DNA of 64,000 nucleotides from Bacteroidia bacterium (GTDB lineage: Bacteria; Bacteroidota; Bacteroidia; Palsa-965), in contig JBBRYH010000002.1 in the NCBI GenBank assembly GCA_038237845.1, positions 51,384 through 115,383 on the forward strand, in the 5' to 3' direction. Made by a program: the position numbers and the translations under genes. A model generated the notes under the pieces. It was not told the origin of the DNA and did no database searches. It worked only from the letters and a program-made list of their open reading frames with translations. Positions 9,058 to 18,600 of the stretch are shown here, in pieces; the stretch's first letter is position 1, and every line of letters begins with the position of its first letter.

Positions 9058-9288
9058 ATGAAATTCAATAAATATTTTCTCCTTACAGCAACAGTTTTGC
9101 TAATTGTGATTAGCATTCAAACCGGTCATGCACAACCGCCACCTCCTCCTCCACCAGTTGGAGGTCCGCCATGTTGGCCTCCTCCATGTGTTCCTGTTAA
9201 TTCCGGGATCATTTATGTAGTAGGTGCTGCCATTTTATTTGGTGCTTACGCATTGATCAAAACTCTCCGAGCACGCACAGCTGAATGA
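9058..9288 (+). CDS. 76-aa Pro-rich micro-protein with C-terminal exosortase sorting signal (PID-CTERM-like)
   Basis: Signal peptide ending GHA-Q, then QPPPPPPPVGGPPCWPPPC, motif VPVNSG, hydrophobic helix IIYVVGAAILFGAYALI and basic tail KTLRAR; immediately upstream of an exosortase. Confidence 0.8.
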   Translation: MKFNKYFLLTATVLLIVISIQTGHAQPPPPPPPVGGPPCWPPPCVPVNSGIIYVVGAAILFGAYALIKTLRARTAE

Positions 9289-9295
9289 TTCTTTG

Positions 9296-9832
9296 ATGAA
9301 GCTTTCATCACCTGAACGTCGTATCCTTCTTTTTGTAATCCTTTTTCTGGGTATTTATTTATCCTGGATGATGTTGTATGAATGGCTACTTCATCCTTGG
9401 GGAAAACTAGATACACTTGTAATTAACGACTCTTCTCAATGGGCAATTTTCCTACTCGAGAAAATGAATTTCCAAACGTTTACAGGTGATAACGCAACCA
9501 TTCGAACTCTTGGCATCGATGGAACACACGGGCTTTGGATTGGAGATCCCTGTAATGGAATCTCACTCTTCGCTTTATTTTTCAGTTTTATCCTAGCCTA
9601 TCCAGGAAGCTGGAAACATAAATTATGGTTTATTCCGGTTGGAATTACTGCAATTCACACCATGAATATTATTCGCATAACCAGTTTATGTATTATTGTT
9701 TTAAAAAAACCGAATTGGCTTGAATTTAATCATACTTATCTCTGGCAGATATTTATGTATGGATTTCTATTCCTGCTTTGGTTAATTTGGATTAAGAAAT
9801 TTTCTACCAAAGGAAACGTTCCTAAGTCATGA
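9296..9832 (+). CDS. exosortase/archaeosortase family protein (XrtF/XrtX-like)
   Basis: Multi-TM protein with the Cys-Arg-His triad in canonical contexts: IGDPCNG, NIIRI, FNHTY. Confidence 0.88.
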   Translation: MKLSSPERRILLFVILFLGIYLSWMMLYEWLLHPWGKLDTLVINDSSQWAIFLLEKMNFQTFTGDNATIRTLGIDGTHGLWIGDPCNGISLFALFFSFILAYPGSWKHKLWFIPVGITAIHTMNIIRITSLCIIVLKKPNWLEFNHTYLWQIFMYGFLFLLWLIWIKKFSTKGNVPKS

Positions 9833-10302
9833 CAAAAGAAATCAGAAGCAAAATCTTCATCGCAATTCTTCTTGTGGCTTACATTGCGACTGGTTTCTTC
9901 AGGGAATTTCTTTTCCTCAATATAAACGAACAAAGCAGAGTTACCTTTTATCACGATATTGATTCGCATGTTGCTTCATCCTTGCAATGGCTATCCTCTT
10001 TGAGTTATCCGACTCTTTATTATGCGAAATGGCCTTTAACACTATTTTTCACAACATTTTTTGGATTTTTAGCCGCTACAATTATTCGATTATGGTTCAA
10101 CGATAAAAATCTTGTAAAAATCACATGGCTTGCCTATGCGATTACATTTGGAGCAGGCTTACTCTTTTATCTTGCAGGTTCATTATCAGGAAACCGTGAA
10201 ACCACTTACGATTTGGCTAGATTTTTAGCTGGCTTAACCGAAACTCCTGCCCTATTGGTAATGTTATTGGCTTCTTTTCTGGCTATGCGTCGTAAGGCAT
10301 AA
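9829..10302 (+). CDS. exosortase-associated membrane protein
   Basis: About 4 TM helices, FFREFLF motif; ATGA overlap with the exosortase stop suggests translational coupling. Confidence 0.7.
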   Translation: MTKEIRSKIFIAILLVAYIATGFFREFLFLNINEQSRVTFYHDIDSHVASSLQWLSSLSYPTLYYAKWPLTLFFTTFFGFLAATIIRLWFNDKNLVKITWLAYAITFGAGLLFYLAGSLSGNRETTYDLARFLAGLTETPALLVMLLASFLAMRRKA

Positions 10303-10350
10303 TGGCCGAAGATTTTCTTACTTTTGCCCACGTTATTCATCTATACAAAT

Positions 10351-11625
10351 ATGAAAAAGGACACCGTAATATTCGATTTAATTAAAAAAGAACTGCATCG
10401 CCAGACCAGCGGAATTGAATTAATCGCATCTGAAAATTTTGTCAGTGCACAAGTGATGCAAGCAATGGGATCGGTGCTTACCAACAAATACGCTGAAGGG
10501 CTACCAGGAAAAAGATATTATGGTGGATGTGAAATTGTCGATCAAACAGAACAGTTAGCTATTGATCGTGCAAAATCATTGTTTAATGCAGAATGGGTAA
10601 ACGTACAACCGCATTCAGGTGCTCAAGCCAATGCTGCTGTAATGCTAGCTGTTTTAAAACCAGGAGATAAAATTCTCGGATTTGATTTATCACACGGTGG
10701 CCATTTAACGCATGGTTCTCCAGTAAATTTTTCAGGTAAACTTTATTCTCCCTCTTTTTATGGAGTAGAAAGAGAAACCGGATTAATTAATTATGATAAC
10801 GTAGAGAAGACTGCGAAAAAAGAAAAACCTAAATTAATTATTTGTGGTGCTTCTGCATATTCACGCGATTGGGATTATGTACGTTTAAGAAAAATCGCAG
10901 ATAGTGTTGGCGCATTATTGATGGCTGATATTTCTCATCCAGCAGGTTTGATTGCACGAGGTATTATGAATGACCCGATGCCGCATTGTCATATTGTTAC
11001 AACTACAACACATAAAACTTTACGTGGACCACGTGGAGGAATGATATTAATGGGAAAAGATTTCGAAAATCCATGGGGGTTAAAAACACCAAAGGGAGAA
11101 ATCAAAACAATGACAGCATTATTAGATGCGGCTGTTTTCCCAGGAACACAAGGCGGACCTTTAGAACATGTCATTGCTGCTAAAGCTGTTGCATTTGAAG
11201 AAGCACTTTCAGAAAGTTTCTTGAAATATGCAGTTCAAGTAGTAAAGAATGCTTCTGTCATGGCAGATGCATTTATGGATCGCGGATACAATGTAATTTC
11301 TGGAGGTACTGAAAATCATTGTATGTTAATTGATCTCAGAACAAAAAATATTACTGGTAAACAGGCTGAAAATGCTTTGGTAAAAGCAGATATAACTGTA
11401 AATAAAAACATGGTTCCTTTTGATGACAAATCCCCATTTGTTACTTCAGGAATTCGTGTTGGAACACCCGCAATTACTACCCGTGGAATTAAAGAAAAAC
11501 AAATTCCAAAAATCGTTGATTTGATTGATGAGGTAGTGATGAATCACGAGAATGAAACAAAAATTCTTGCTGTTAAAAAAGAGGTGAATAAAATTATGAA
11601 GGCGTATAAATTATTTGCCTATTAG
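10351..11625 (+). CDS. glyA: serine hydroxymethyltransferase
   Basis: [43 protein letters not shown]. Start set to ATG 10351 because the track's TTG lies in the TACTTTTG promoter (10319-10326). Confidence 0.98.
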   Translation: MKKDTVIFDLIKKELHRQTSGIELIASENFVSAQVMQAMGSVLTNKYAEGLPGKRYYGGCEIVDQTEQLAIDRAKSLFNAEWVNVQPHSGAQANAAVMLAVLKPGDKILGFDLSHGGHLTHGSPVNFSGKLYSPSFYGVERETGLINYDNVEKTAKKEKPKLIICGASAYSRDWDYVRLRKIADSVGALLMADISHPAGLIARGIMNDPMPHCHIVTTTTHKTLRGPRGGMILMGKDFENPWGLKTPKGEIKTMTALLDAAVFPGTQGGPLEHVIAAKAVAFEEALSESFLKYAVQVVKNASVMADAFMDRGYNVISGGTENHCMLIDLRTKNITGKQAENALVKADITVNKNMVPFDDKSPFVTSGIRVGTPAITTRGIKEKQIPKIVDLIDEVVMNHENETKILAVKKEVNKIMKAYKLFAY

Positions 11626-11643
11626 TTATCTTTCAATAAAACT

Positions 11644-11679
11644 AAAAGAGGCTTGGAATTAATTTTTTAAGCCTTTTTT
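11644..11679. terminator. bidirectional intrinsic terminator
   Basis: AAAAGAGGCTT...AAGCCTTTTTT between convergent genes. Confidence 0.7.
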
Positions 11680-12319
11680 ATTTGGGTACAATTTCAATCG
11701 GCATCAATTTACCTTTGTTGGCATCAAATGCAGTCACGGTAATGATAGCAAAACTCGCGACGCGTTTCGTGTTAGGATGTTCTTGTTTACCACCTAATCG
11801 TTTTGCTTTTCTTGCCGGTTGCCATTTTGAAAGTTTACCTAAATAATAATAACAAACATTTTCTAATATTTCACCTGTAGAATCCTGATGTAGAATTGGA
11901 ATCTTATCACATGTTGCAAAACCATTTTTATCTACCGAAAAAATAAATCTTGCACTATCAGACCGAACAGAATCAGCCCAGGCAAATGAATAATTTGTTT
12001 CGCTGATGTATCCAATCCAATCAAAACCATTATCAGAATTCAATCCTTCTCGAATTGGAACTGGTGCAAAGGCATTTCTTACAGAATCTGTAAATACAAT
12101 TTGTTGTGTAGAAATCTCCGTTATTTGTTTTCGATACGATTTATTATCCCGATAAATAACTGTCATTTGAACGCTGAAGGAAGCAGAGACAGGAGCACGG
12201 TGAACAACAATTACTCCTGCAGGAATAGAATCGCGACTTTGCGAAAACACTTTTAATGTAAACAAACAAAGGAAAAACAAAAAAGGAAGTTTAAGTTTCA
12301 CTCCGCAGTTGAAACGCAT
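11678..12319 (-). CDS. exported hypothetical protein, TonB-C-like features
   Basis: Signal peptide ending VFS-Q; FIFSVDKNG and KWQPA are reminiscent of TonB C-terminal domains. Confidence 0.55.
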   Translation of the reverse strand: MRFNCGVKLKLPFLFFLCLFTLKVFSQSRDSIPAGVIVVHRAPVSASFSVQMTVIYRDNKSYRKQITEISTQQIVFTDSVRNAFAPVPIREGLNSDNGFDWIGYISETNYSFAWADSVRSDSARFIFSVDKNGFATCDKIPILHQDSTGEILENVCYYYLGKLSKWQPARKAKRLGGKQEHPNTKRVASFAIITVTAFDANKGKLMPIEIVPK

Positions 12320-12357
12320 TCACAAAATTAAGATTAAGATTGAATATTAACGATTAA

Positions 12358-13086
12358 CTATTTTTCAGAAGGAACATTAGTATTTTTTTCCATTGATTTT
12401 TTTTGCTGCTCATCCAATGGTGGTGAATTGAGTGGATAATCAAAAGGCGCATATCTCGAATTTTTTTGTTCTACAAGCAATGGATAAGAAGAGACAATTA
12501 CAAATACTTCACAATAATAACTTTCTAGAATTAGTGGAGATTTTCTGAATAATTTTTTCTTTTCATAATATCCTCCTGCATCACCCCAAATAGAAATCTG
12601 CTGACTTGTACGAGTTAATTCTTTCACCAACTCATCTGACATTTTAAATGTGTATTCTGGATCATCTAATACACGCTTTATTCTGCCTTTTGAATCGATC
12701 CACATTCCGATAACCAATGTATCAACTCGAGGAGTATCATTTGCGTTAAATTTAAAATTCATGTTTTCGACAAACAATTTTGAAAGCAATTGTGTTTCTC
12801 TCGGATAAACACGTTTAAGTTTCGGTGAATATACTGTGGAATCAAAAACCGGCACATTGTCTACTTCAATAATATTTCCCGCAATCGGATCAGTAACAGT
12901 CTTATTTTCTCTTACCATACTCACCTTCGAGAGATAATATTTATATTCTACTTTGACATAGGGAATAATATTGGATTTACGGACGTAAATAATTCCTTGA
13001 GGAATCTCCGCTACTTTTGGGATCGTATCCTGCGCAATTACAGAAATTACAATACAACTAAAAAATAAAACAATTAAGGTCTTCAT
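12358..13086 (-). CDS. exported hypothetical protein, probable paralog of 11678..12319
   Basis: Signal peptide ending VIA-Q; IPQGIIYVRK compares with IPAGVIVVHR, and MWIDSKG with FSVDKNG. Confidence 0.55.
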   Translation of the reverse strand: MKTLIVLFFSCIVISVIAQDTIPKVAEIPQGIIYVRKSNIIPYVKVEYKYYLSKVSMVRENKTVTDPIAGNIIEVDNVPVFDSTVYSPKLKRVYPRETQLLSKLFVENMNFKFNANDTPRVDTLVIGMWIDSKGRIKRVLDDPEYTFKMSDELVKELTRTSQQISIWGDAGGYYEKKKLFRKSPLILESYYCEVFVIVSSYPLLVEQKNSRYAPFDYPLNSPPLDEQQKKSMEKNTNVPSEK

Positions 13087-13101
13087 CGCCGCAAGAATTT
13101 A

Positions 13102-14760
13102 TTAAAGATCCTGCCCAATTTTGAAAAATGCTTTCATCTCTTCAGCGGTTTTGAATTCCTTCTCAACGGGTTTCAAACTAACTGTCCCCGAACCAACAGA
13201 AGGAAGTTTTGATAATTGATCGTTATCAGCATAAAATAATTTACCGTCTTTAACAGCCCAAATAATGTTAGAGGATTTTGGATTAAAATGAAAGCCTGCT
13301 AAAGATTGCGCATAATGATAATTGTATAAAGCTTTTTTATTTCTGTCAACCAAAAACAAATTCGCAAATTGTTCAGTATAGGTCTTACCATCGTCTTTAA
13401 AGTTTAAAACAATAATACCTCCTTGCGGATAAGAAGACGGGCAATCAGTATTATAAATACCAAATTCAGAAACTTCAAATACATGAATCAGATTTACCAA
13501 TTTATTTGCAGTTGCCTGATTTGTGGGATTACCCTGAACGTAATTTGCCGTAATAATTTGTCGACTCTTGAAATCCAAATAAGCATTATACTCACCCAAC
13601 TTTTTAGAATAATCAGCGAATTCCTTATTGTATTTCTCTAACGCAATTGCATAAGACTTTTCATCAAGTGCAGGATATACATCCAACATTATCACTTCAT
13701 TCCCTTTTGCCAATGCCAATTTATATTTATTCAAACCATTTCCATAGGATAATTTTATAGATTCCCAGGTTACATTGTACCATTTTACATCAAACTTCTG
13801 GGTCTTTTCATCCACCATAAAAATCATATTCTCATATGCCTGCATCTCAGGAAATTCTTTTGGATCAATTGCAACAGTAAAACGATTTTTCGTTAAATCA
13901 ACTTTCACTGGTTTGATTGGTTCACTTGGAGGACTTGGTATATGTTCTTCCCAAAATGGATTTACATTAGGGTTTGTAATGATGGAAGAATCTTTTTTCA
14001 CAGGAGTTAGCTTATCTTTTCCCAAATAATTCCAATTGCCTGCAAGCGTATCAAACCTGTATAGATTATATTTTACTCCTGATTCTTTCGAAGCAAACTC
14101 AACTTTCACTTTTTTATCTTTGGCTAGATAAACAGTTTTACCATTAATAAACCCAGTAATTTCCATCATGCCTGCAGATTCGAATTGATACGTCTGTCCC
14201 GCAGAATCGTATTGCATCGGAATTCCCGAAAGGAAAAAATCTACTTGATTACGAAATTCTCTATATTGAATATTTACATTTCCAGAAACAACATTTCCAT
14301 TTTCATCAACAAATGCATTTGCAGGGAATGTTACTTTTGTTCCATTGAGATGAGTAAATGTCCCTCCGCTTGTCGAACTGACATTATAAGAATGATTTTT
14401 AATAATTAGACCTTTTATTGGAGGAGCAACTCTTCTTTTTGAGCTAACTATTTGTGAATTACTAGAATTAATAGGATTGGTTGAATCGGAAATTAAAACT
14501 GTATTCGTTTGAACATTAGGAGATGTTGATTTTTTTGAATTGTTTGTATTAGGAAGTCCCTTGTAAATAAAAACTCCACATACAACTACTACAACAGTAG
14601 CCATCGATCCAAGAAACCAGCCAGATTTCCAGAATGGTTTTTTAATCACTGTTCCTGGTGCAGCATTATACTGCTTTAGTAATTCGTCGAAATTACGACC
14701 TGACAAAATCTCTTCCGAAGAAGGTTTTTGGCGATCGATATTGACTTTATATTTTTTCAT
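13102..14760 (-). CDS. single-pass membrane protein, probable anti-sigma factor with large extracytoplasmic domain
   Basis: Short cytoplasmic N-terminus (~45 aa), one TM helix, GTKVTFPANAFVD..G..VSG.V.IQYREF domain; directly follows the ECF sigma gene. Confidence 0.65.
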   Translation of the reverse strand: MKKYKVNIDRQKPSSEEILSGRNFDELLKQYNAAPGTVIKKPFWKSGWFLGSMATVVVVVCGVFIYKGLPNTNNSKKSTSPNVQTNTVLISDSTNPINSSNSQIVSSKRRVAPPIKGLIIKNHSYNVSSTSGGTFTHLNGTKVTFPANAFVDENGNVVSGNVNIQYREFRNQVDFFLSGIPMQYDSAGQTYQFESAGMMEITGFINGKTVYLAKDKKVKVEFASKESGVKYNLYRFDTLAGNWNYLGKDKLTPVKKDSSIITNPNVNPFWEEHIPSPPSEPIKPVKVDLTKNRFTVAIDPKEFPEMQAYENMIFMVDEKTQKFDVKWYNVTWESIKLSYGNGLNKYKLALAKGNEVIMLDVYPALDEKSYAIALEKYNKEFADYSKKLGEYNAYLDFKSRQIITANYVQGNPTNQATANKLVNLIHVFEVSEFGIYNTDCPSSYPQGGIIVLNFKDDGKTYTEQFANLFLVDRNKKALYNYHYAQSLAGFHFNPKSSNIIWAVKDGKLFYADNDQLSKLPSVGSGTVSLKPVEKEFKTAEEMKAFFKIGQDL

Positions 14761-14782
14761 GGCGATAGAATGCAAATAAATA

Positions 14783-15424
14783 TTATCCGTTTGTTCCTGT
14801 TGCTTTATTAAGATTTTTCAAACGCACTTTTTCCAAAAGAATTTTTTTGAGTTTTTCTAAAATGCGATATGTTTTCACTTTAGCATTATTTTCTGTGATC
14901 CCGAAAATGTCAGCAATTTCTTTGAATGCACGTTTTTCAAAAAAGCGCATCTCAACAAATTGCATATCGTCCTCCTCCAAATCAGTTACCGACTCTTTCA
15001 ATATTTCAATATAAGGTTCGTATTTATCCTCCACCATTTCCTCCACCATTTCGCCTAATCCAGCGGTATCCATATTCACTGTCCGCTTAGTTTGTTCCTT
15101 TCTGAAAGCAGTATACACTTCACTTTTCGCAATCCTGTATAACCAAGAAGCGAATGGAACACCTTTGAATTCATACTTATGCAAATTTGTCATTGCCTTT
15201 AAAAAAACCTGTGAACAAACATCATGTGCCAAATCTTTATCGTCAACGCGCTGCCAAACAAACAGGAATATCCTTTCGTAATATTTATTATACAAACCTT
15301 TAAACTGCTCAGGATCTTTCCTGGCACTTTCCACCAGAACCTGCTCATTTAGCATATCCTCATTGGTGGCATGATACTTCGAGATACCCTCCATAGTCGG
15401 GGGGTTAAGTGTTACTGACCGCAT
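14783..15424 (-). CDS. ECF RNA polymerase sigma-70 factor
   Basis: Region 2 (D....VFLKA...L..Y....VPFASWLYRIA) and region 4 (FKEIADIFGITENNAKVKTYR). Alternative start at 15394. Confidence 0.93.
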   Translation of the reverse strand: MRSVTLNPPTMEGISKYHATNEDMLNEQVLVESARKDPEQFKGLYNKYYERIFLFVWQRVDDKDLAHDVCSQVFLKAMTNLHKYEFKGVPFASWLYRIAKSEVYTAFRKEQTKRTVNMDTAGLGEMVEEMVEDKYEPYIEILKESVTDLEEDDMQFVEMRFFEKRAFKEIADIFGITENNAKVKTYRILEKLKKILLEKVRLKNLNKATGTNG

Positions 15425-15566
15425 CGCAACTTACTTAATTTACTAGTATAACGGTCTTCAATTGGAAAGATACACCACTTCGCAAAGAAATTGGTTATTA
15501 GTGATTGTTGTTTAAAGATTATGCATTTTCACTTTAACAAAAACTTGACTATCAGTTCTTTAAATG

Positions 15567-15600
15567 AAAAAAGGCGACTCATTTCTGAATCGCCTTTTTT
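15567..15600 (-). terminator. intrinsic terminator
   Basis: AAAAAAGGCGA...TCGCCTTTTTT, 15 nt after the stop of the 1479-aa gene. Confidence 0.8.
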
Positions 15601-15615
15601 AAAATTCGGTCTTAT

Positions 15616-18600
15616 TTAGTGACTGACTACCATTTTCTTAACAATCTTGTGATCGCCGAAAGTGAGTTCGTAGAAATAAACACCTTCTGGCAGCGTGCTA
15701 ACATCAACAGTCCACACATTTAACCCCATTTGCTGGACTTCTTCTAAGGAATTAATTGTCCTTCCCAACATATCGTGCAAAGTAATAATCACATTACCGT
15801 TTGAAGGCAAGTTGTATTGTAACATCGAAGAAGTTCCAGCAGGATTCGGATAAGCAACCATGTTTAATCCATCTGCAGTAGCCAGTTCAGGAACACTCAA
15901 CACACAAGGAGGATTTCGTTGGAAACAAATATCATCAATTGCCCATCCTTCTGTTTCAATGGAATTATCAGTTCCAAAACGGAATCTGAAAATTACCTGA
16001 CCAGCTTGTGAAAAACGAATATCGTGTTGCTGTTGAATCCATCCATTCGAAGTTCCACCAAAGTTTGGCTGCCATCCGTTTCCAAGTCCTGTTGCAGTTG
16101 CACTAATGTACCAATTCGGTTCAAGAGGAAGTCCTAATTGAGTCCAGGTGTTGCCCAAGTTAAACGAATACTCCACTACTCCACCATCTTTATTTGCTTC
16201 CGTCATGTAACGATTCCAGAATTCAAGATGATAACAATTAATAGTATCAACTGTAAATACAGGAAGGAAAAATGCTGTGGAATCATTGCGTAGATAATTC
16301 TGTTGTAAGCCCGTCATCCAACATTGTGTTCCACCATGCGCAGCATTGATAATATTTTTTGCCGGTGTTCCTTGTACAAAATCGGAATTTGAATTCGTAA
16401 ATCTTAAAGCATTCATCGTTGTCAATGGAGGAATTCCATTACCGATTTCAAAATTATTACAGTAAGGATAAGTTGCAAATGTATCCATGACCGAAACAAC
16501 CCATGTTGTTGTATCGTTTGAATGATTTGTATCTACCAAACCATTAGGTGCGCTAGACCAAATTTTGATCGTGTGCAGACCAGGTGAAGCTGTATTCCAT
16601 GGCAAAGAAAAAGTATGATTCTGAGTTGCACCGGGTGCAAGTGCTGGTCCAAAAGTTAATGGGTCTGTAACAATAATAGTGTTGTCAATTTTCAAAGTTA
16701 CATTAGCAGCATTAATTGCTATGGTACCCGTATTTTTGAAATTGATTTTCACATTGTCCGTTCCTGGTAATGGAAGCGGCGACACATTTCCAAAAGTTAT
16801 AGTATTCGTCGCAGCATCAATTGGAACAAATAATTCGAAGTCATCAATTGCCCAACCATCAACTGCAGTAAATACATTTCCATCAGAATTAAAAATATAT
16901 CGGAATTGAATTGGTGTTGGATAGTTGTTAAACATTGCAAGATTATATTTCGACTGGAAATAACCACCGCCATTTCCACTCCATCCTGGAAGAGTTGATG
17001 ATTGCAGATAAGATTGATTGTACCAGCTTGTAGCTAATGGATCAAATTGAACACCTAATACAATCCATGTAGCACCAAAATCATTGCTATATTCAATTCG
17101 ACCTCCATCATAGAAATTATCGCAACTGTACCATTGCCAGAATCGAAGTTCAACGTTTGAAATTGCAGAGAAGTCAAAGAATGGAGAATACAAATATTCA
17201 TTTGCATTATTGGCGTAAGGACCATTTAGATTTACTTCCCATGCATTTGTACCACTATGTGTTCCTGTAATTAAAGGTGCAGCTGGATTTCCCAATTGCC
17301 AAGATGGTGTTGTATTCGTCACAGCTACAAAGTTTTGCGGTCCTTCAAAATTATCTGACCAAGGCACTGTAAATACAGGCATTCCAAATAATGACTTACA
17401 CAGTGTGTCATTAAAATTATTTGTGTCAAGTGCTAATCCGGTCCAAGTACAAAGGCTATATGCACCTGTTGGCGAAATATACGTCGGTGTAAAAGTATAA
17501 GTAGTAGTTGCATTCGGATACAACGTTCCTGACCATGTTCCATTTACAGCAGGATTGAGTCCAACACGGTAAGCAACTGGAATTGAAGTAAGCGTATCAA
17601 TACCGAAGTTGCGAATTTTCACAATAACTGTGGTTGCTGTGTTAGCCAAGGATTGCGCTTGAGGCAGAACAATTTGTGTTATGCCAGCATCTACACTATC
17701 CGGATGATAAATATGAATATTGTCAAGGAATATTCCTGTTCCTGTATTCGGAATATCATAAGTAACCTTGGATTCAAAATCAATAATTAGATAAGGTGAA
17801 GGAAGGAAGGAAGTCAACATATAACGGTAAGTATCGTAAGTTGAGTTCGCAAGATTCGGTTGTAAATGTGGGGTAATCATTGTTCCATTCACTTTTACGC
17901 GGAAGTTGGTGTATTCATTTGAGTATTGAAACAATAATTTTGTATCAAATTCAAGAACGAGTGAAGTATAACCAGTTGTATTAACAATCAACCTTCCTTG
18001 TGCAAGCTGCTGATCGCAACGCGCCTGATCCCAAATATAAAATGGCGAAGCAATTATTGTATCTGAACCGAAATCCCAGTCCAAAGAACTTGTAGCATCA
18101 AATGCTAAACCTTCGCTACTTGCATTTCCTGCAGCAGATGAAAGTTGAACACGACCTTGTCCAGTATTTAACAAACAGAAATCAGTAAGACTTGAAGGTC
18201 CGCTTTCAAAATCATTTACATATGGAACAGTAACGCCTGCAGCAGTGCTATAGGAAACAATTACTGTATCATCAGGAATAAATCCATCTCCTGTTAGTGC
18301 AGTAAAAACTTTCAATGAATGAACACCAGCTGTATTATTCAATAAAGTTGTAAATGTATAATTGGAAAATTGAAGCGGAGTTAAGGTTCCATTCCATTGC
18401 TCAATTACCGGTGCTCCATTGTCAAGAATGTATCCGATATTCATTGGTCCTACAATATTATTCAAACCAACATTCTCAAAAGAAACGGTCAAAGGAATAT
18501 TTCCTTGCGGCAGACAAGAAGAAATGTCAGGTGCAACGATCGTTTCCATTTGAGCATCTTGTGGTGAAGGAAGTGCAATTAAGAAATCATCAATAGAATA

